This document shows, one piece after another, positions 1 to 9,894 of a stretch of 32,000 bases of DNA. This DNA comes from Edaphobacter aggregans. Lineage in GTDB: Bacteria; Acidobacteriota; Terriglobia; Terriglobales; Acidobacteriaceae. The notes beneath the pieces were generated by a model that did not search any database, had not been told where the DNA came from, and saw nothing but the letters and a program-made list of their open reading frames with translations. Each line of letters opens with the position of its first letter. Position 1 is the stretch's first letter. The stretch covers positions 5,850,001-5,882,000 of the forward strand of contig NZ_RSDW01000001.1 in the NCBI RefSeq assembly GCF_003945235.1, read 5' to 3'. The position numbers were made by a program, and so were the translations under genes.

Positions 1-449
1 TGCGTGTGACTGTTGCTCGTAAACAAAAGCAGACCAACAGCAACACTTCCAGGGTCGAAGCGCGTGATGAAGGGTGGAACCGTTCCAGGCGGCATGAAGG
101 CGCGAGCGCGATTTACATAACCAACCGTCTCAGCCATTGCCTGCTGCATGTTCGTTCCTTCGCGGAACGTCAGTTTCATCAGAGCTGCGCCTTGAACACT
201 CTTGCTATCCACGGACTGAATGCCTGTGATGTAGAGGAAGTGATACTCGTAGTAGTAAGTTAGGAACCCTTCCATTTGCGCGGGCGTCATGCCGCCGTAG
301 GGCTGCGCGACGTAGATCACAGGATTGCCAACCTCTGGAAAGATGTCTATGCGCATCCTTCCAACCGCAATAAAGAATCCGGCGACGATCGCGATCAACG
401 CGACGATCACGGTGAGGGGACGACTCAGAGCTGCAAGGACTAAACGCAT
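1..449 (-). CDS. efflux RND transporter permease subunit, N-terminal part (gene continues past the window start)
   Basis: Absent from the ORF track because it runs off the edge. Reverse-strand ATG at 447-449. Hand translation: MRLVLAALSRPLTVIVALIAIVAGFFIAVGRMRIDIFPEVGNPVIYVAQPYGGMTPAQMEGFLTYYYEYHFLYITGIQSVDSKSVQGAALMKLTFREGT... This is TM1 followed by the first periplasmic loop, typical of AcrB/CzcA-type pumps. It starts 18 bp downstream of the TolC-like gene. Confidence 0.8.
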   Translation of the reverse strand, partial: MRLVLAALSRPLTVIVALIAIVAGFFIAVGRMRIDIFPEVGNPVIYVAQPYGGMTPAQMEGFLTYYYEYHFLYITGIQSVDSKSVQGAALMKLTFREGTNMQQAMAETVGYVNRARAFMPPGTVPPFITRFDPGSVAVGLLLFTSNSHT

Positions 450-467
450 GTCAAATGATCACCTGAA

Positions 468-1913
468 CTACTGAGCTGCCTGAAGAAAAGGCTGAAGATC
501 GCCACGTACTGATTGCAATTGGAGGAATGCACGCCAGACATTCAGGCGTGCAATCGAATCATCCATCTCCGCCTGCACCACAAGCCGCTGCGCCTGCGCC
601 ACATCATCAATCGAAGTCAGCCCCGCCTTGTAACGAGCCGTAGCTTGAGCAAGAGCGGTTCGAGCAGCCTCGACCTGGATTGGAGTATTCTTCGCAACGC
701 TTCGCATCGCCCGTAAGGCGGCTCGTGCCTGGCTGAACTGCTCCTGGAGCTGTCGGCCAATTAACGTCTCGCGAGATTGGTCGGCCTTTAACGTGGCGGC
801 TTGTGAGGCTTCACGGGCGTGGATACTGGCAAAGTCAAGAAAGCCAAAGGTTACGTTCAGGCCGACTGCGTAGTTTCCTACGTTTGGAGCGAGACCGTTA
901 GCTCCGCTCAGGCGCTGTCCGTTGGTCTCCGCGCCGGTGCCTCGGCCGTAACCTGCCGCTTCCAGATTGAACTGCGGCACCCAGCTTCGGTCCGTGGCAC
1001 GAAGTTCCGCGGCCGATTGAGAGACGGCTGCATGTTGCTCCAGCATCGCAGGAGTGCTTTCTGGATGAAATGCTCCGTCATCCTCGACTCCCATTGGGAT
1101 CTCACCAAGAAGATGTGCGGAATTGAGGGGTTTCGTTATGTCGTCCGGCTTCGAGAGAAACTTCGCGAGTGTTGCCTCGCCCATTTCGACTGCTTCTGTC
1201 GCAAGAGCCAATTGAGTATTCGCCGCCGCCTTCTCCGCCTCAATCCGGGATTCGTCGGCAGCGGGACGCAGCTCCGCAACCGTGAGAGCGTGAATGGTCT
1301 TCCGCAAGATTTCCCAATTGTCGACGGCAACCTGAGCGGAATTCTGTGTTTGACGAGCCGCAAGAACGGTCAGAAACGCGTCCGCGGCCGCACTTGAGAT
1401 CTCAAGCTGGCTCCTTTGCACAGATGCATTCGCTCGATCGCGTGCTGCTGCGGCCGCTTCCACCTTGGTGTTCCGTAAACCGAAGTCGAACGGCTGCCAG
1501 TTGATCAGAAGCCCTGTAGCGCTTCCCCAGACAGACCCGCCATTGTTTGTTCCAATGACTGGCCCGGACATGCTTGGCAACGTATTCTCTGGAAGCAGAG
1601 TGCCGAAGATGTTGTTTCGCGTAGCCCTGTTGACCTGAACAATCCCATCGAGACGTGGAAGATAGGCAGTCCTTGCCAACCGGATATTTGCCACAGCCGC
1701 GTTGAGATCCTGCTCAGAAACATGAATCGCAGGATAGTTCTGCTCGGCGTCCTGAACGACTTGAACAATCGTGAGATCAGACGGCACAGCGGGAGTAGCC
1801 ACGACCGAGGACTGGGCAGTAACTGCAGCAGAGGTACCGGCCACGAGAAGGCAGCCGACAGCGACTCCTCGGATCCAGCAGCCATTTCGGATGAATGGAC
1901 TATTTGCCTTCAA
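468..1913 (-). CDS. TolC-family outer membrane efflux protein
   Basis: 481-aa ORF with an N-terminal signal peptide (...LLVAGTSAAVTAQ). It has the two-repeat Ala/Gln/Leu-rich coiled-coil composition typical of OEP/TolC proteins. It sits between PadR and the RND pump. The start is TTG and overlaps the PadR stop by 14 nt. Confidence 0.85.
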   Translation of the reverse strand: MKANSPFIRNGCWIRGVAVGCLLVAGTSAAVTAQSSVVATPAVPSDLTIVQVVQDAEQNYPAIHVSEQDLNAAVANIRLARTAYLPRLDGIVQVNRATRNNIFGTLLPENTLPSMSGPVIGTNNGGSVWGSATGLLINWQPFDFGLRNTKVEAAAAARDRANASVQRSQLEISSAAADAFLTVLAARQTQNSAQVAVDNWEILRKTIHALTVAELRPAADESRIEAEKAAANTQLALATEAVEMGEATLAKFLSKPDDITKPLNSAHLLGEIPMGVEDDGAFHPESTPAMLEQHAAVSQSAAELRATDRSWVPQFNLEAAGYGRGTGAETNGQRLSGANGLAPNVGNYAVGLNVTFGFLDFASIHAREASQAATLKADQSRETLIGRQLQEQFSQARAALRAMRSVAKNTPIQVEAARTALAQATARYKAGLTSIDDVAQAQRLVVQAEMDDSIARLNVWRAFLQLQSVRGDLQPFLQAAQ

Positions 1914-2217
1914 TCAGCTCTCCAAAAAGCTCGCGGACCCGGAGCTTTGCTGTATTGAGCGCACGTCGGCCGGAACTCGTTATCTTGTAAAGGCGACGGG
2001 CTGTTCTACCAGACCGTTCATTTTCAGACTTCAGATAGCCGCGCTTCTCTAAACCGTGGAGGATCGGATAGAGAGTACCAGGGCTGATCTTGTACCCATG
2101 CCGGGCAAGCTCCTCCGTCATACCGGCCCCAAAGATAGCCTCATGCTCGGCATGATGAAGAATGTGAAGACGGATCATGCCAGAATAGAGATCGCGGTTG
2201 TCCATATCGCCCTTCAT
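1900..2217 (-). CDS. PadR family transcriptional regulator
   Basis: 105 aa. The winged-helix signature GYKISPGTLYPILHGLEKRGYL...RRLYKITSSGRRAL is classic PadR. It is the first gene of the efflux operon. Confidence 0.9.
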   Translation of the reverse strand: MKGDMDNRDLYSGMIRLHILHHAEHEAIFGAGMTEELARHGYKISPGTLYPILHGLEKRGYLKSENERSGRTARRLYKITSSGRRALNTAKLRVRELFGELIEGK

Positions 2218-2620
2218 TATCGAGATACGATATCAGAAGAAACATTAAGCCAGAATGAGGTTTCTGCAATGAGCTTTCAAATTCAATGAGTTCGGGCGCA
2301 TCGTTTAACCGAAACGAAGTGAAAGCTTCTGACAAGCTATGCCCACGAGCGCCACTCACTACCCGCTCCTCGCTGAGGATCCGCTGGAGCCTCGTTGGGC
2401 GCCGCGCGGATTGACGGATCACTTCCGACAAGCCGACAAATGAGCACTAATCAGATACTCAATGAGTGACTCGCCGATTTATCACAAATTGACACCGAGG
2501 CAGTGAGAGCGGGGCACACTCTTTCGAGGTTTCCGAAACCCCGTTAATGAGATGGTCCGCCGCTTGATCTCCACATTGCAGTGAGTGATCTTGTTGGCAG
2601 ATTCAAGGAGGATCATCGAC

Positions 2621-3057
2621 ATGCAGATACGTTCGGTTGGCATTGATCTGGGCAAGACTACCTTTCACCTCGTAGCGCTGGACGCAGCAGGCAAGGTGCT
2701 GTTGCAGAAGAAGTTCACTCAGAAGCAGCTCATCACCTTCACCGCGAACATGCAGACCTGTTGATCGGGATGGAGGCGTGTTCAGGCGCTCACTTCCTCG
2801 GACGTGTTCTGCGAGAACAAGGCCATGACGTGAAGTTGATCCCAGCCCAGTTCGTGAAGCCGTTTGTGAAGTCCAACAAGAACGACTTCCTGGATGCCGA
2901 GGCCATCGCCGAGGCGGTGGACCGGCAGAACATGCGCTTCGTTCCGATCAAGACCGACGACCAGCTCGACCTGCAGGCCATGCATCGTGTGCGCGATCGT
3001 CTCGTCGCGCGCCGAACGTCCGTGATCAACCAGCTGCGGGCCTTCCTGCTGGAGCGT
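2621..3057 (+). pseudogene. IS110-family transposase, N-terminal (DEDD) domain only, frameshifted and 3'-truncated
   Basis: AAGGAG RBS at 2605-2610 and ATG at 2621. MQIRSVGIDLGKTTFHLVALDAAGKVLLQKKF...NMQTC then stops at 2762. The reading continues in another frame as LIGMEACSGAHFLGRVLREQGHDVKLIPAQFVKPFVKSNKNDFLDAEAIAEAV...RLVARRTSVINQLRAFLLER. IS110-like similarity ends near 3057, and no C-terminal transposase domain is found anywhere in the window. Confidence 0.8.
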
Positions 3058-4029
3058 GTCTTCATGATCTGGAATCGTACTAGCACCACGTCAGAACCGT
3101 CGCCGAAATTGACAATGCGGTTGGGAACGCCCTGCGGTCGTCGACCGGTCGCCGCTGGGTTAGAGCGATTATCTGTCAGCGCCGCATGCATGCCGGGGGC
3201 GTTGGCATGTAGTCTCCAGCGCCCGGTTCAGCGCCAGTTCCACTGTGCCTTCGTGAGTTGCTCTTTGAAGACCGGAATGTCGCTGACTAAAGAGAAAACG
3301 TTATTGCGCATAACATGGCTAACAGTGACTAGAGCGAGGGCATGCCGTAGTTCGGGAAAAGGTCTTTACCATTCTGAAGAGCATCTTTATCGGGTGAGAA
3401 GGTTTCGAGGTAGTGGGGGTACCGCCCTCTCGAAAGCCTGCCTGTCTTCGAAGATTAACGGTTACCTGGGGAGGAACGCTGGCGTAAACGCCACATGCCA
3501 GGTTTCGATTGCCAACCTCGGATATCAGCTGGACCCTACTTGAACCAAGCTCATGGAAAGGTGTTCTTTCAGGAGTCAGAGAGGAGCACGTGGTGTTATA
3601 TAGCCTGAACTCAGCGGCGACGCTGATTACAGCATCGACTCACCTCTCGAAACCCAACCGGCACCGAGCTTGCATCAAGTCAGCTCATCACAAGTGCGAA
3701 ATAGAAACCCGGTGGAGAGCAGCATGCGTCGCAGCCAAATAAGCAAAAAATCCAAAATGCTCTCCTAAGAAGGAACGTAGTTGACTTCAGTTCGATTTTA
3801 GAAATGCGTTTCCCGTCACTACTCCTCATGGAGCTGGGCATTAGCCTGTCGAAAATCACTTGTTGGACACGCCGACTATTCATCCGAGTGCCTGCTCTCG
3901 GTTGGCTCTAAGGGAGAACACCACAACGCGTACCCCGCTATAGCTGACGCAGCGCCCGTAGTAACGATCCTGAAATCCGCGTGTAAGATGATCCTCGACT
4001 AAGTCCACGGCACCAAGGGAGCCGCCGGC

Positions 4030-5040
4030 ATGACCGTGCGCCTGAAAGACATTGCAAACGATCTGAACCTTTCGAAGATGACGATTTCCAAGGTTCTGCG
4101 TGGGCAAACCGATGTGAGCCCCGCCACGAAGGCGCGGGTGCTTCAGCGGGTGAAAGAGCTGAACTATAGGCCCAATATCTCGGCCCGCAGCCTTCGCACG
4201 GGCAACACGTTGAGCATTGGCTTGGTGATTCCTTCGCTTTCGAATCCTTTCTTCGCGGATATTACGCGAGGTCTCGTGCAAACAATGCGGACGGCAGGGT
4301 ACGGCCTGCTGATCTCGTCGTCGGAAGAGGATCCGGAGATCGAGCGGCATGAGATCGAGCTGCAGCTATCGAGGCAAGTGGATGCTCTCATCGTTGCATC
4401 AGTGCAGGAGTCATCTGAGTTTTTCGCCGCTCTTGGTCAACAGCGGGCGCCGCTAGTTTTGGTCGATCGCAAGCCGCCCTCGTTTGCCGCTCATTTTGTC
4501 GGATTGCGCGATCAGGATATTGGCTACGTGGCGGCGGCGCATCTTGCTGAAATGCGATGTCGCAAGCTTGCGTATCTGCGAGGACCACGAACGGCAGCTG
4601 CGGATCTTCGTTGGTCGGGATATCGAGCTGCTTTGAGCGAGTTCAACATACCTTTCAGGCCCGGCCTCGTGGTGGATGCCGGCGAGATGGCCCGCAACGA
4701 ATATCAACGAGGGTATGACACGATGTGTCGGTTGTTAGAGGGCAGGGTGAAGCCGGATGGCGTGATGTGCTACAGCGATCTCCTGGCCCTGGGAGTGATC
4801 GATGCGGCGCTTGAAAAGAATCTAAGAGTGCCGGAGGATGTCTCCGTTGTAGGTTGTGGCGATCTGCCATCCACTCGCGAGACGCGGGTTCCGCTATCCA
4901 GCGTGAATCTCTCTGGTGAAGAGGTCGGGAGGAGAACGGCGAAGCTGGTGTTGCGCACATTGTCTGGCAAGGAAGTCGCTCCAGATCGCAATATTCTGCT
5001 ATCGCCTCGAATGGTTGTTAGACGATCCAGCGATCGTTGA
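4030..5040 (+). CDS. LacI/GalR family transcriptional regulator
   Basis: 336 aa. N-terminal HTH: VRLKDIANDLNLSKMTISKVLRGQTDVSPATKARVLQRVKELNYRPNISARSLR. It is followed by a periplasmic-binding-protein-like sugar-binding core. Confidence 0.9.
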   Translation: MTVRLKDIANDLNLSKMTISKVLRGQTDVSPATKARVLQRVKELNYRPNISARSLRTGNTLSIGLVIPSLSNPFFADITRGLVQTMRTAGYGLLISSSEEDPEIERHEIELQLSRQVDALIVASVQESSEFFAALGQQRAPLVLVDRKPPSFAAHFVGLRDQDIGYVAAAHLAEMRCRKLAYLRGPRTAAADLRWSGYRAALSEFNIPFRPGLVVDAGEMARNEYQRGYDTMCRLLEGRVKPDGVMCYSDLLALGVIDAALEKNLRVPEDVSVVGCGDLPSTRETRVPLSSVNLSGEEVGRRTAKLVLRTLSGKEVAPDRNILLSPRMVVRRSSDR

Positions 5041-5174
5041 ATGATCGTGACTGCCTGTCTTGACACTGGTGCGGCTTCCCATTATCGTTAGCCCAAATTC
5101 CCGAGCACTTTCTGAGAGAATGAACGCCGTTGTCGGCACCTGTTGGCAGAGCGAACTCTCAAGCTAAGGTTGCA

Positions 5175-6155
5175 ATGCTTTCAAAGCGAATCGCAGCGAA
5201 ACCCTTTGACCTCGTCGTCTTTGGTGAGTTCTTTTCTGACCTCATCTTCTATCGACTACCCGACCGGCCACGCCTGGGCGAAGAGTTGAAGACTGATCAT
5301 TTCCTGATCGCGCCCGGTGGTGGACTGGCGACAACGGCACTGGCCGCGAGCAAACTGGGTACGTCAACAGGTATCGTGACCCGCGTAGGAGTGGACGCTT
5401 CTGTGCTGCCGACCTGGGCAGCCATGATGAATCAGGGGTTGGATGTAACCGCATGCGAGGTGCGCAAGGATGTTCCGACGGCTTTGACCGTCTGCATTGC
5501 ATATAAGGCTGACCGGATGATGGTGACGCATGAACCGATCAATCGGAATCTGGAAGACCTGCTGGATAAGGTTCAGGTGCAACGTAAGTTGAGACGCGCG
5601 CGCCATGTGCACCTCGCATGTGCGCTGCACCGGCCACAGAAATGGATCCCATTGCTGAAGTCTCTGCGTGAGGACGGGATTACCATCTCCGCTGACTTTG
5701 GATGGAACCCGGATATCTCCATCAATCAGCTGATCTCCATCATCCAGCACTGTCAGTTTATCTTTCCGAATCAGCATGAGGCCTGCGCGATCACTCGAAC
5801 CACGACCGCACGTAGAGCACTTGAAAAGCTGCATGAGTGGGTTCGCGTTCCCGTAGTGAAACTAGGCTCGAAGGGAGCCATGCTGATGTCCGACGGCAAC
5901 GTATACAGGCAGCCTGCCTTACGGGGTAGTATCGTTGACGCCACAGGCGCTGGCGATGCATTCAATGGCGGTTTTCTTCACGAGTTTTTGCGTGGCTCTC
6001 AGTGGGACGACTGTCTGCGCGCCGGCAATATATGCGGCAGCCTGGCAGCGATGGCGCCGGGCGGCTCTCTTGGACTCCCCACGCCTCCTGAGTTTGCCAA
6101 GCACATGCGCACACTCAGGTCTGCCGGTCTTACTAAAAAGACTCCCGCGAAATAA
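5175..6155 (+). CDS. PfkB-family carbohydrate kinase (kinase 1)
   Basis: Ribokinase-like fold motifs are present: N-terminal FDLVVFGEFFSD, GGGLATTA, and the C-terminal ATP/anion-hole motif DATGAGDAFNGGFL. The ORF track starts at a TTG at 5130. I prefer the ATG at 5175, but the start is uncertain. Confidence 0.85.
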   Translation: MLSKRIAAKPFDLVVFGEFFSDLIFYRLPDRPRLGEELKTDHFLIAPGGGLATTALAASKLGTSTGIVTRVGVDASVLPTWAAMMNQGLDVTACEVRKDVPTALTVCIAYKADRMMVTHEPINRNLEDLLDKVQVQRKLRRARHVHLACALHRPQKWIPLLKSLREDGITISADFGWNPDISINQLISIIQHCQFIFPNQHEACAITRTTTARRALEKLHEWVRVPVVKLGSKGAMLMSDGNVYRQPALRGSIVDATGAGDAFNGGFLHEFLRGSQWDDCLRAGNICGSLAAMAPGGSLGLPTPPEFAKHMRTLRSAGLTKKTPAK

Positions 6156-6285
6156 GTCTCTCAGGAGGCGCGGAATCAACGGACGAAGTGCCAATTCCGT
6201 TGGGTCCGCATCGATCGAGACGACAGACCTATAAGTGTCCTGGTATCTGCCGATGGACTGCATTTCTTAAATTGTCCGAATTTTC

Positions 6286-6314
6286 TTGACATGCCTATTG
6301 CTGGCTGATATTTC
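6286..6314 (+). promoter_or_regulatory. candidate sigma70-type promoter of the receptor operon
   Basis: Perfect TTGACA at 6286-6291, a 17-nt spacer, then TATTTC at 6309-6314. It lies about 165 bp upstream of the receptor ATG. Pattern match only. Confidence 0.35.
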
Positions 6315-6329
6315 CATAAGGCACGACTT

Positions 6330-6345
6330 ACGTTATCGGTAACGT
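6330..6345. promoter_or_regulatory. candidate LacI-family operator (palindrome ACGTTA-TCGG-TAACGT)
   Basis: Perfect 6-bp inverted arms flank a central CG. The site fits the LacI/GalR operator skeleton G..A.CG.T..C. It lies just downstream of the candidate -10 element. Confidence 0.4.
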
Positions 6346-6477
6346 GACCGATCAAGGAGTGTGCTGAGGGCGAAGCCGCAAGGCCATCCGGCACAGGTTG
6401 GTAAAAGGAGTCTTGCTCGACAAAGACGTTCCGTTCTATCCGTTTCAGTGGAAGGCCCTTTATAAGGAGTTATTCCG

Positions 6478-9400
6478 ATGAATCTAGATAAGTTTGAGAA
6501 TGAGTTTTCGATGCAGAGGAAACAAGGGGTTGTTCGCGGCTTTTTAAGCCTGCTACTCCTTGTCGTTTTTGGCACTGCAACCGCGTTGGCGCAAATCGAT
6601 ACAGGAACGATCACCGGCGTTATACGCGATGCTCAGGGGGCCGTGGTGCAGGGAGCAACGGTGACAATACGCAATGTCGCAACTGGCGTTGTCACGACGA
6701 CGAAGACAAACAACGATGGAAACTATGAGGCGCTCGGTCTGATTCCGGGGAACTACTCCGTTGAAGCTACGTCAACTGGATTTGGTGTGACAAAGAATCC
6801 TTTGGTTGAGGTACACGTAAAGACGCGCGCGCAGGTGGATTTCTCCTTGACGGTGGGTGCGAACCAGGAGCGGATTGAAGTAAACGAAGTCGGTGTGACG
6901 TTGCAGACACAGTCGGCCGATGTGGGTATTGTTGTTGGGTCACAGCAGATCACCGATCTTCCTCTCAATGCCAGGCGGTATGCAGACCTTGCGCTGCTGG
7001 CTCCGGGCATCTTCAAAAACCCCTCGGTTGCTAACCCCGCGCCTGATCGGTTCAGTTCGAACGGCAACACTGAGACGCAGAACTACTTTGCACTGGATGG
7101 CGTAGATAACAACTCTGGTTCGACGAATCTGCAAGAGGGTTCCGTGCAGAACGTTCAGCCTCCGCCGGATGCGATTCAGGAGTTTCGCTTGCAGACCCGC
7201 ACGTACTCGACGGAGTTCGGTACCTCGGCAGGGGCCGTCGTCAACGCCTCGATCAAGAGCGGAACAAACCAATTTCATGGCAACGCTTTTTTGTTTGCCC
7301 GAAACAGCGTTTTCGATTCGAATACATATTTCAATCGACAAAAGGGTATCCCCAAGGGAACCTTTAGTCAGAATCAATTTGGTGGCACTATCGGTGGTCC
7401 CATCTACCGCGACCATACCTTTTTCTTTGGTGACTACCAGGGTCTTCGAAGCCAGAAGGATGTGACGGAGTCCTCTGTGGTGCCTTCTGCCAATATGAAG
7501 ACCGGTAATTTCAGCGAGTTGAGCAGCACTACTTATCCACTGAACAGCATAGCCACGGGACAGGCAGGCTGCATCACGCCCGCCACCAGAATTATTTCGC
7601 CAAGCTGTCTGGACCCTGTTGGGGTGAAACTCGCGGCACTCTTTCCCGACCCAAACGATCCGCGGGTGCCCGTGTGGACCGGCGCTACGAATTACAATTA
7701 CGTATTCCTTTCGCCGACACAGAACAACTCCACCGATCTTCGAATCGATCACAAGCTTCGCGCGAACGATACGATCTTCGGGCGCTACAGCTTCTTGCAG
7801 CAGCATAGGCAAGATCCGTTATGGACCTCAAACCCCATTGCCGGCAACGGAGGCTTTGCGACGGATTACGCTATCCGTAACCAAGGCGTTGCCCTTGGAT
7901 GGACACACGTGTTCTCTTCCAGCGCGGTTAATCAGGCTCGCTATGGCTTTTCCCGCGACAACGCGCACAGCAACCCGATCGGGCTTCAGCTCGGCACCTC
8001 AAATGCACCGGACTACGGCTTAACCGGAATTCCGGTGTCTCCTTATACCGCTGGGATCCCTCCTATTTATATTTCGGGTCTGGTTACGCTTGGCGTGGAT
8101 CGTTTTCGACCCCAATTTCAAGCGTCGCAGACCTTTCAATTCATCGATATCTTTACCAAGCTGTTGGGTGCGCATAGCTTGATGTTTGGCTATCAGTATC
8201 ACCGCAACACAGACACTTTCCTTGACTTGCAGGCGCCGCAGGGATTTATGCAATCCACTGGAATTTACACGAACAAATCAGGGTTCGGAGTGGCTGACTT
8301 CATGCTCGGTGATATTGCCTCAACCATCTACAACACGCCTCTGGATGTACATCAATTTCTGCCCGGCCATTCGTTCTTTGGTCAGGATACCTGGCGCGTC
8401 GCCAAGAATCTCACCGTGAATTATGGACTGAGGTATGAGCTCTATGCACCGATGCTGAATCGCACTAACTCGGTCTCCAACTTCTCCCCTGCGAACGGAG
8501 GCTCTCTTGTTCCGGCATCCGTCACTGCGGGAGGTTGGAGTGATCGTGCCCTTATCAATGCTGACAAAAACAACGTAGCTCCGCGCTTTGGCTTTAGCTA
8601 TCAGTCTTCGGAGAGAGTTGTCTTTCGCGGCGGATATGGCATCTTCTATCAGTTCATCAATCGCATCGGTTCCGAGTCCCAGCTCGCGTTAAATCAACCT
8701 TTTCTGAAGGCAGTGCAGACTTCGCAGACTAATGGAAGCGTGACACCCGTGTTCCAGCTAATGAATGGGTTTCCTGGAGCCTTGTATTCAGGTTCGGTTG
8801 TTCCATTGACTCTGCAGAAAAATAACTGGCAGGATCCAAATCAGCGCACCAGTTACATACAGCAAGCGAGCTTTGGTCCACAGGTGTTGTTGACTTCCAA
8901 TACTGTGATGGAGCTGACGTGGGTAGGGAACTGGGGACGCAAAATGAACCGGTTAAGCAACGCAAACCAGGGACAGGTGATTGGTTTTGCTAATCCAGCC
9001 CAGGCTATCGTGCAGTTTCCCTATGCCAACCTGAATACAACCACCACGGCAATCGGTGGTACTGGAACACACTCATTTTTGGAGTTCTCATCGAATGAAG
9101 GCAATACAAGCTATAACTCGCTCCAGGCAAGCTTGCGGCGCCCCCTGGTCAAGGGACTTGGTTATCAGATCAGCTATACCTGGGCACATGCCATTACAGA
9201 CTTCGTAGATAATCTGACTGGCGGATCAACCCCACAGAATGCATTTGACTATTCGCATGAACGAAGCAACTCTCCTTTCGACCAGAGGCACCGTTTCGTC
9301 GCGAGTGGTTTGTGGAGACTGCCGTTTGGCCAGGATGGATGGATTATGAACAACGATTCGAAGGCCGCGCGATTGCTGGGCAACTGGCAGCTCAACGGTA

Positions 9401-9849
9401 TTGTGACGTTACAAACTGGTCTGCCATTGAACATTACAGCGCCGGATAACAGCCAGACAGGCGGAAATCATGCGGCATACGCAAATTGTGTCAGCGATCC
9501 ATTCGCGAATACAACGACGAGCCGTATCGCTATTTCGACGCAAAATGTTCCCGGTGTCTTCATCAACCCAAATGGATTTTCGATCCCTGGACCTGGCACC
9601 TTCGGTACGTGCAGACCGCGCCTGTTCCACGGCCCTGGCAGTCAAAATGTGGATATGAGTCTCTTTAAGCAATTCCCACTCGGAGAGGTGCGAAAGATCG
9701 AGCTGCGTTTTGAGTTTTTCAATCTGTTTAATCACGCCAACTTCGCCAACCCGGCGACCAGTATGAGTAATACGGCGACCTTTGGCAAAGTGAGTTCCAC
9801 TGTGAACGATCCACGCGAAATTCAAATGGCCGGTAAGTTCTACTTCTAA
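6478..9849 (+). CDS. TonB-dependent receptor with N-terminal carboxypeptidase-regulatory-like domain
   Basis: 1123 aa. AAGGAG RBS 8 nt upstream of the start. Signal peptide ...GTATALAQ. CarboxypepD_reg-like segment: GTITGVIRDAQGAVVQGATVTIRNVATGVVTTTKTNNDGNYEALGLIPGNYSVEA. Plug-like segment: DLPLNARRYADLALLAPGI. A long beta-barrel region ends in the OMP signature ...REIQMAGKFYF. Confidence 0.9.
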   Translation: MNLDKFENEFSMQRKQGVVRGFLSLLLLVVFGTATALAQIDTGTITGVIRDAQGAVVQGATVTIRNVATGVVTTTKTNNDGNYEALGLIPGNYSVEATSTGFGVTKNPLVEVHVKTRAQVDFSLTVGANQERIEVNEVGVTLQTQSADVGIVVGSQQITDLPLNARRYADLALLAPGIFKNPSVANPAPDRFSSNGNTETQNYFALDGVDNNSGSTNLQEGSVQNVQPPPDAIQEFRLQTRTYSTEFGTSAGAVVNASIKSGTNQFHGNAFLFARNSVFDSNTYFNRQKGIPKGTFSQNQFGGTIGGPIYRDHTFFFGDYQGLRSQKDVTESSVVPSANMKTGNFSELSSTTYPLNSIATGQAGCITPATRIISPSCLDPVGVKLAALFPDPNDPRVPVWTGATNYNYVFLSPTQNNSTDLRIDHKLRANDTIFGRYSFLQQHRQDPLWTSNPIAGNGGFATDYAIRNQGVALGWTHVFSSSAVNQARYGFSRDNAHSNPIGLQLGTSNAPDYGLTGIPVSPYTAGIPPIYISGLVTLGVDRFRPQFQASQTFQFIDIFTKLLGAHSLMFGYQYHRNTDTFLDLQAPQGFMQSTGIYTNKSGFGVADFMLGDIASTIYNTPLDVHQFLPGHSFFGQDTWRVAKNLTVNYGLRYELYAPMLNRTNSVSNFSPANGGSLVPASVTAGGWSDRALINADKNNVAPRFGFSYQSSERVVFRGGYGIFYQFINRIGSESQLALNQPFLKAVQTSQTNGSVTPVFQLMNGFPGALYSGSVVPLTLQKNNWQDPNQRTSYIQQASFGPQVLLTSNTVMELTWVGNWGRKMNRLSNANQGQVIGFANPAQAIVQFPYANLNTTTTAIGGTGTHSFLEFSSNEGNTSYNSLQASLRRPLVKGLGYQISYTWAHAITDFVDNLTGGSTPQNAFDYSHERSNSPFDQRHRFVASGLWRLPFGQDGWIMNNDSKAARLLGNWQLNGIVTLQTGLPLNITAPDNSQTGGNHAAYANCVSDPFANTTTSRIAISTQNVPGVFINPNGFSIPGPGTFGTCRPRLFHGPGSQNVDMSLFKQFPLGEVRKIELRFEFFNLFNHANFANPATSMSNTATFGKVSSTVNDPREIQMAGKFYF

Positions 9850-9894
9850 AATTCCTTGGATCAAACCGCCGAATCGGCAGGGAGCGGATGCAAT

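Noticed and set aside
2233-2262. PadR operator upstream of the efflux operon (CATTAAGCCAGAATG)
   Set aside because: It has only 4-bp arms (CATT/AATG) and does not match the ATGT-N8-ACAT type PadR boxes I know. It is too weak to call.
2761-3543. 260-aa track ORF taken at face value as an intact gene
   Set aside because: Only its first 100 or so codons look like IS110 transposase, and they continue the upstream 47-codon ORF after a frameshift. The remaining 160 codons have no transposase character and are read-through.
3880-4350. 156-aa minus-strand ORF overlapping the LacI start
   Set aside because: It is antisense to the LacI HTH-coding region, is Arg/His-rich, and has no RBS or motif.
6940-7812. 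290-aa minus-strand ORF inside the TonB-dependent receptor gene (also 9409-10095, 228 aa)
   Set aside because: These are antisense to strongly supported CDSs, have no recognisable domains and are Arg-rich. They are treated as shadow ORFs.
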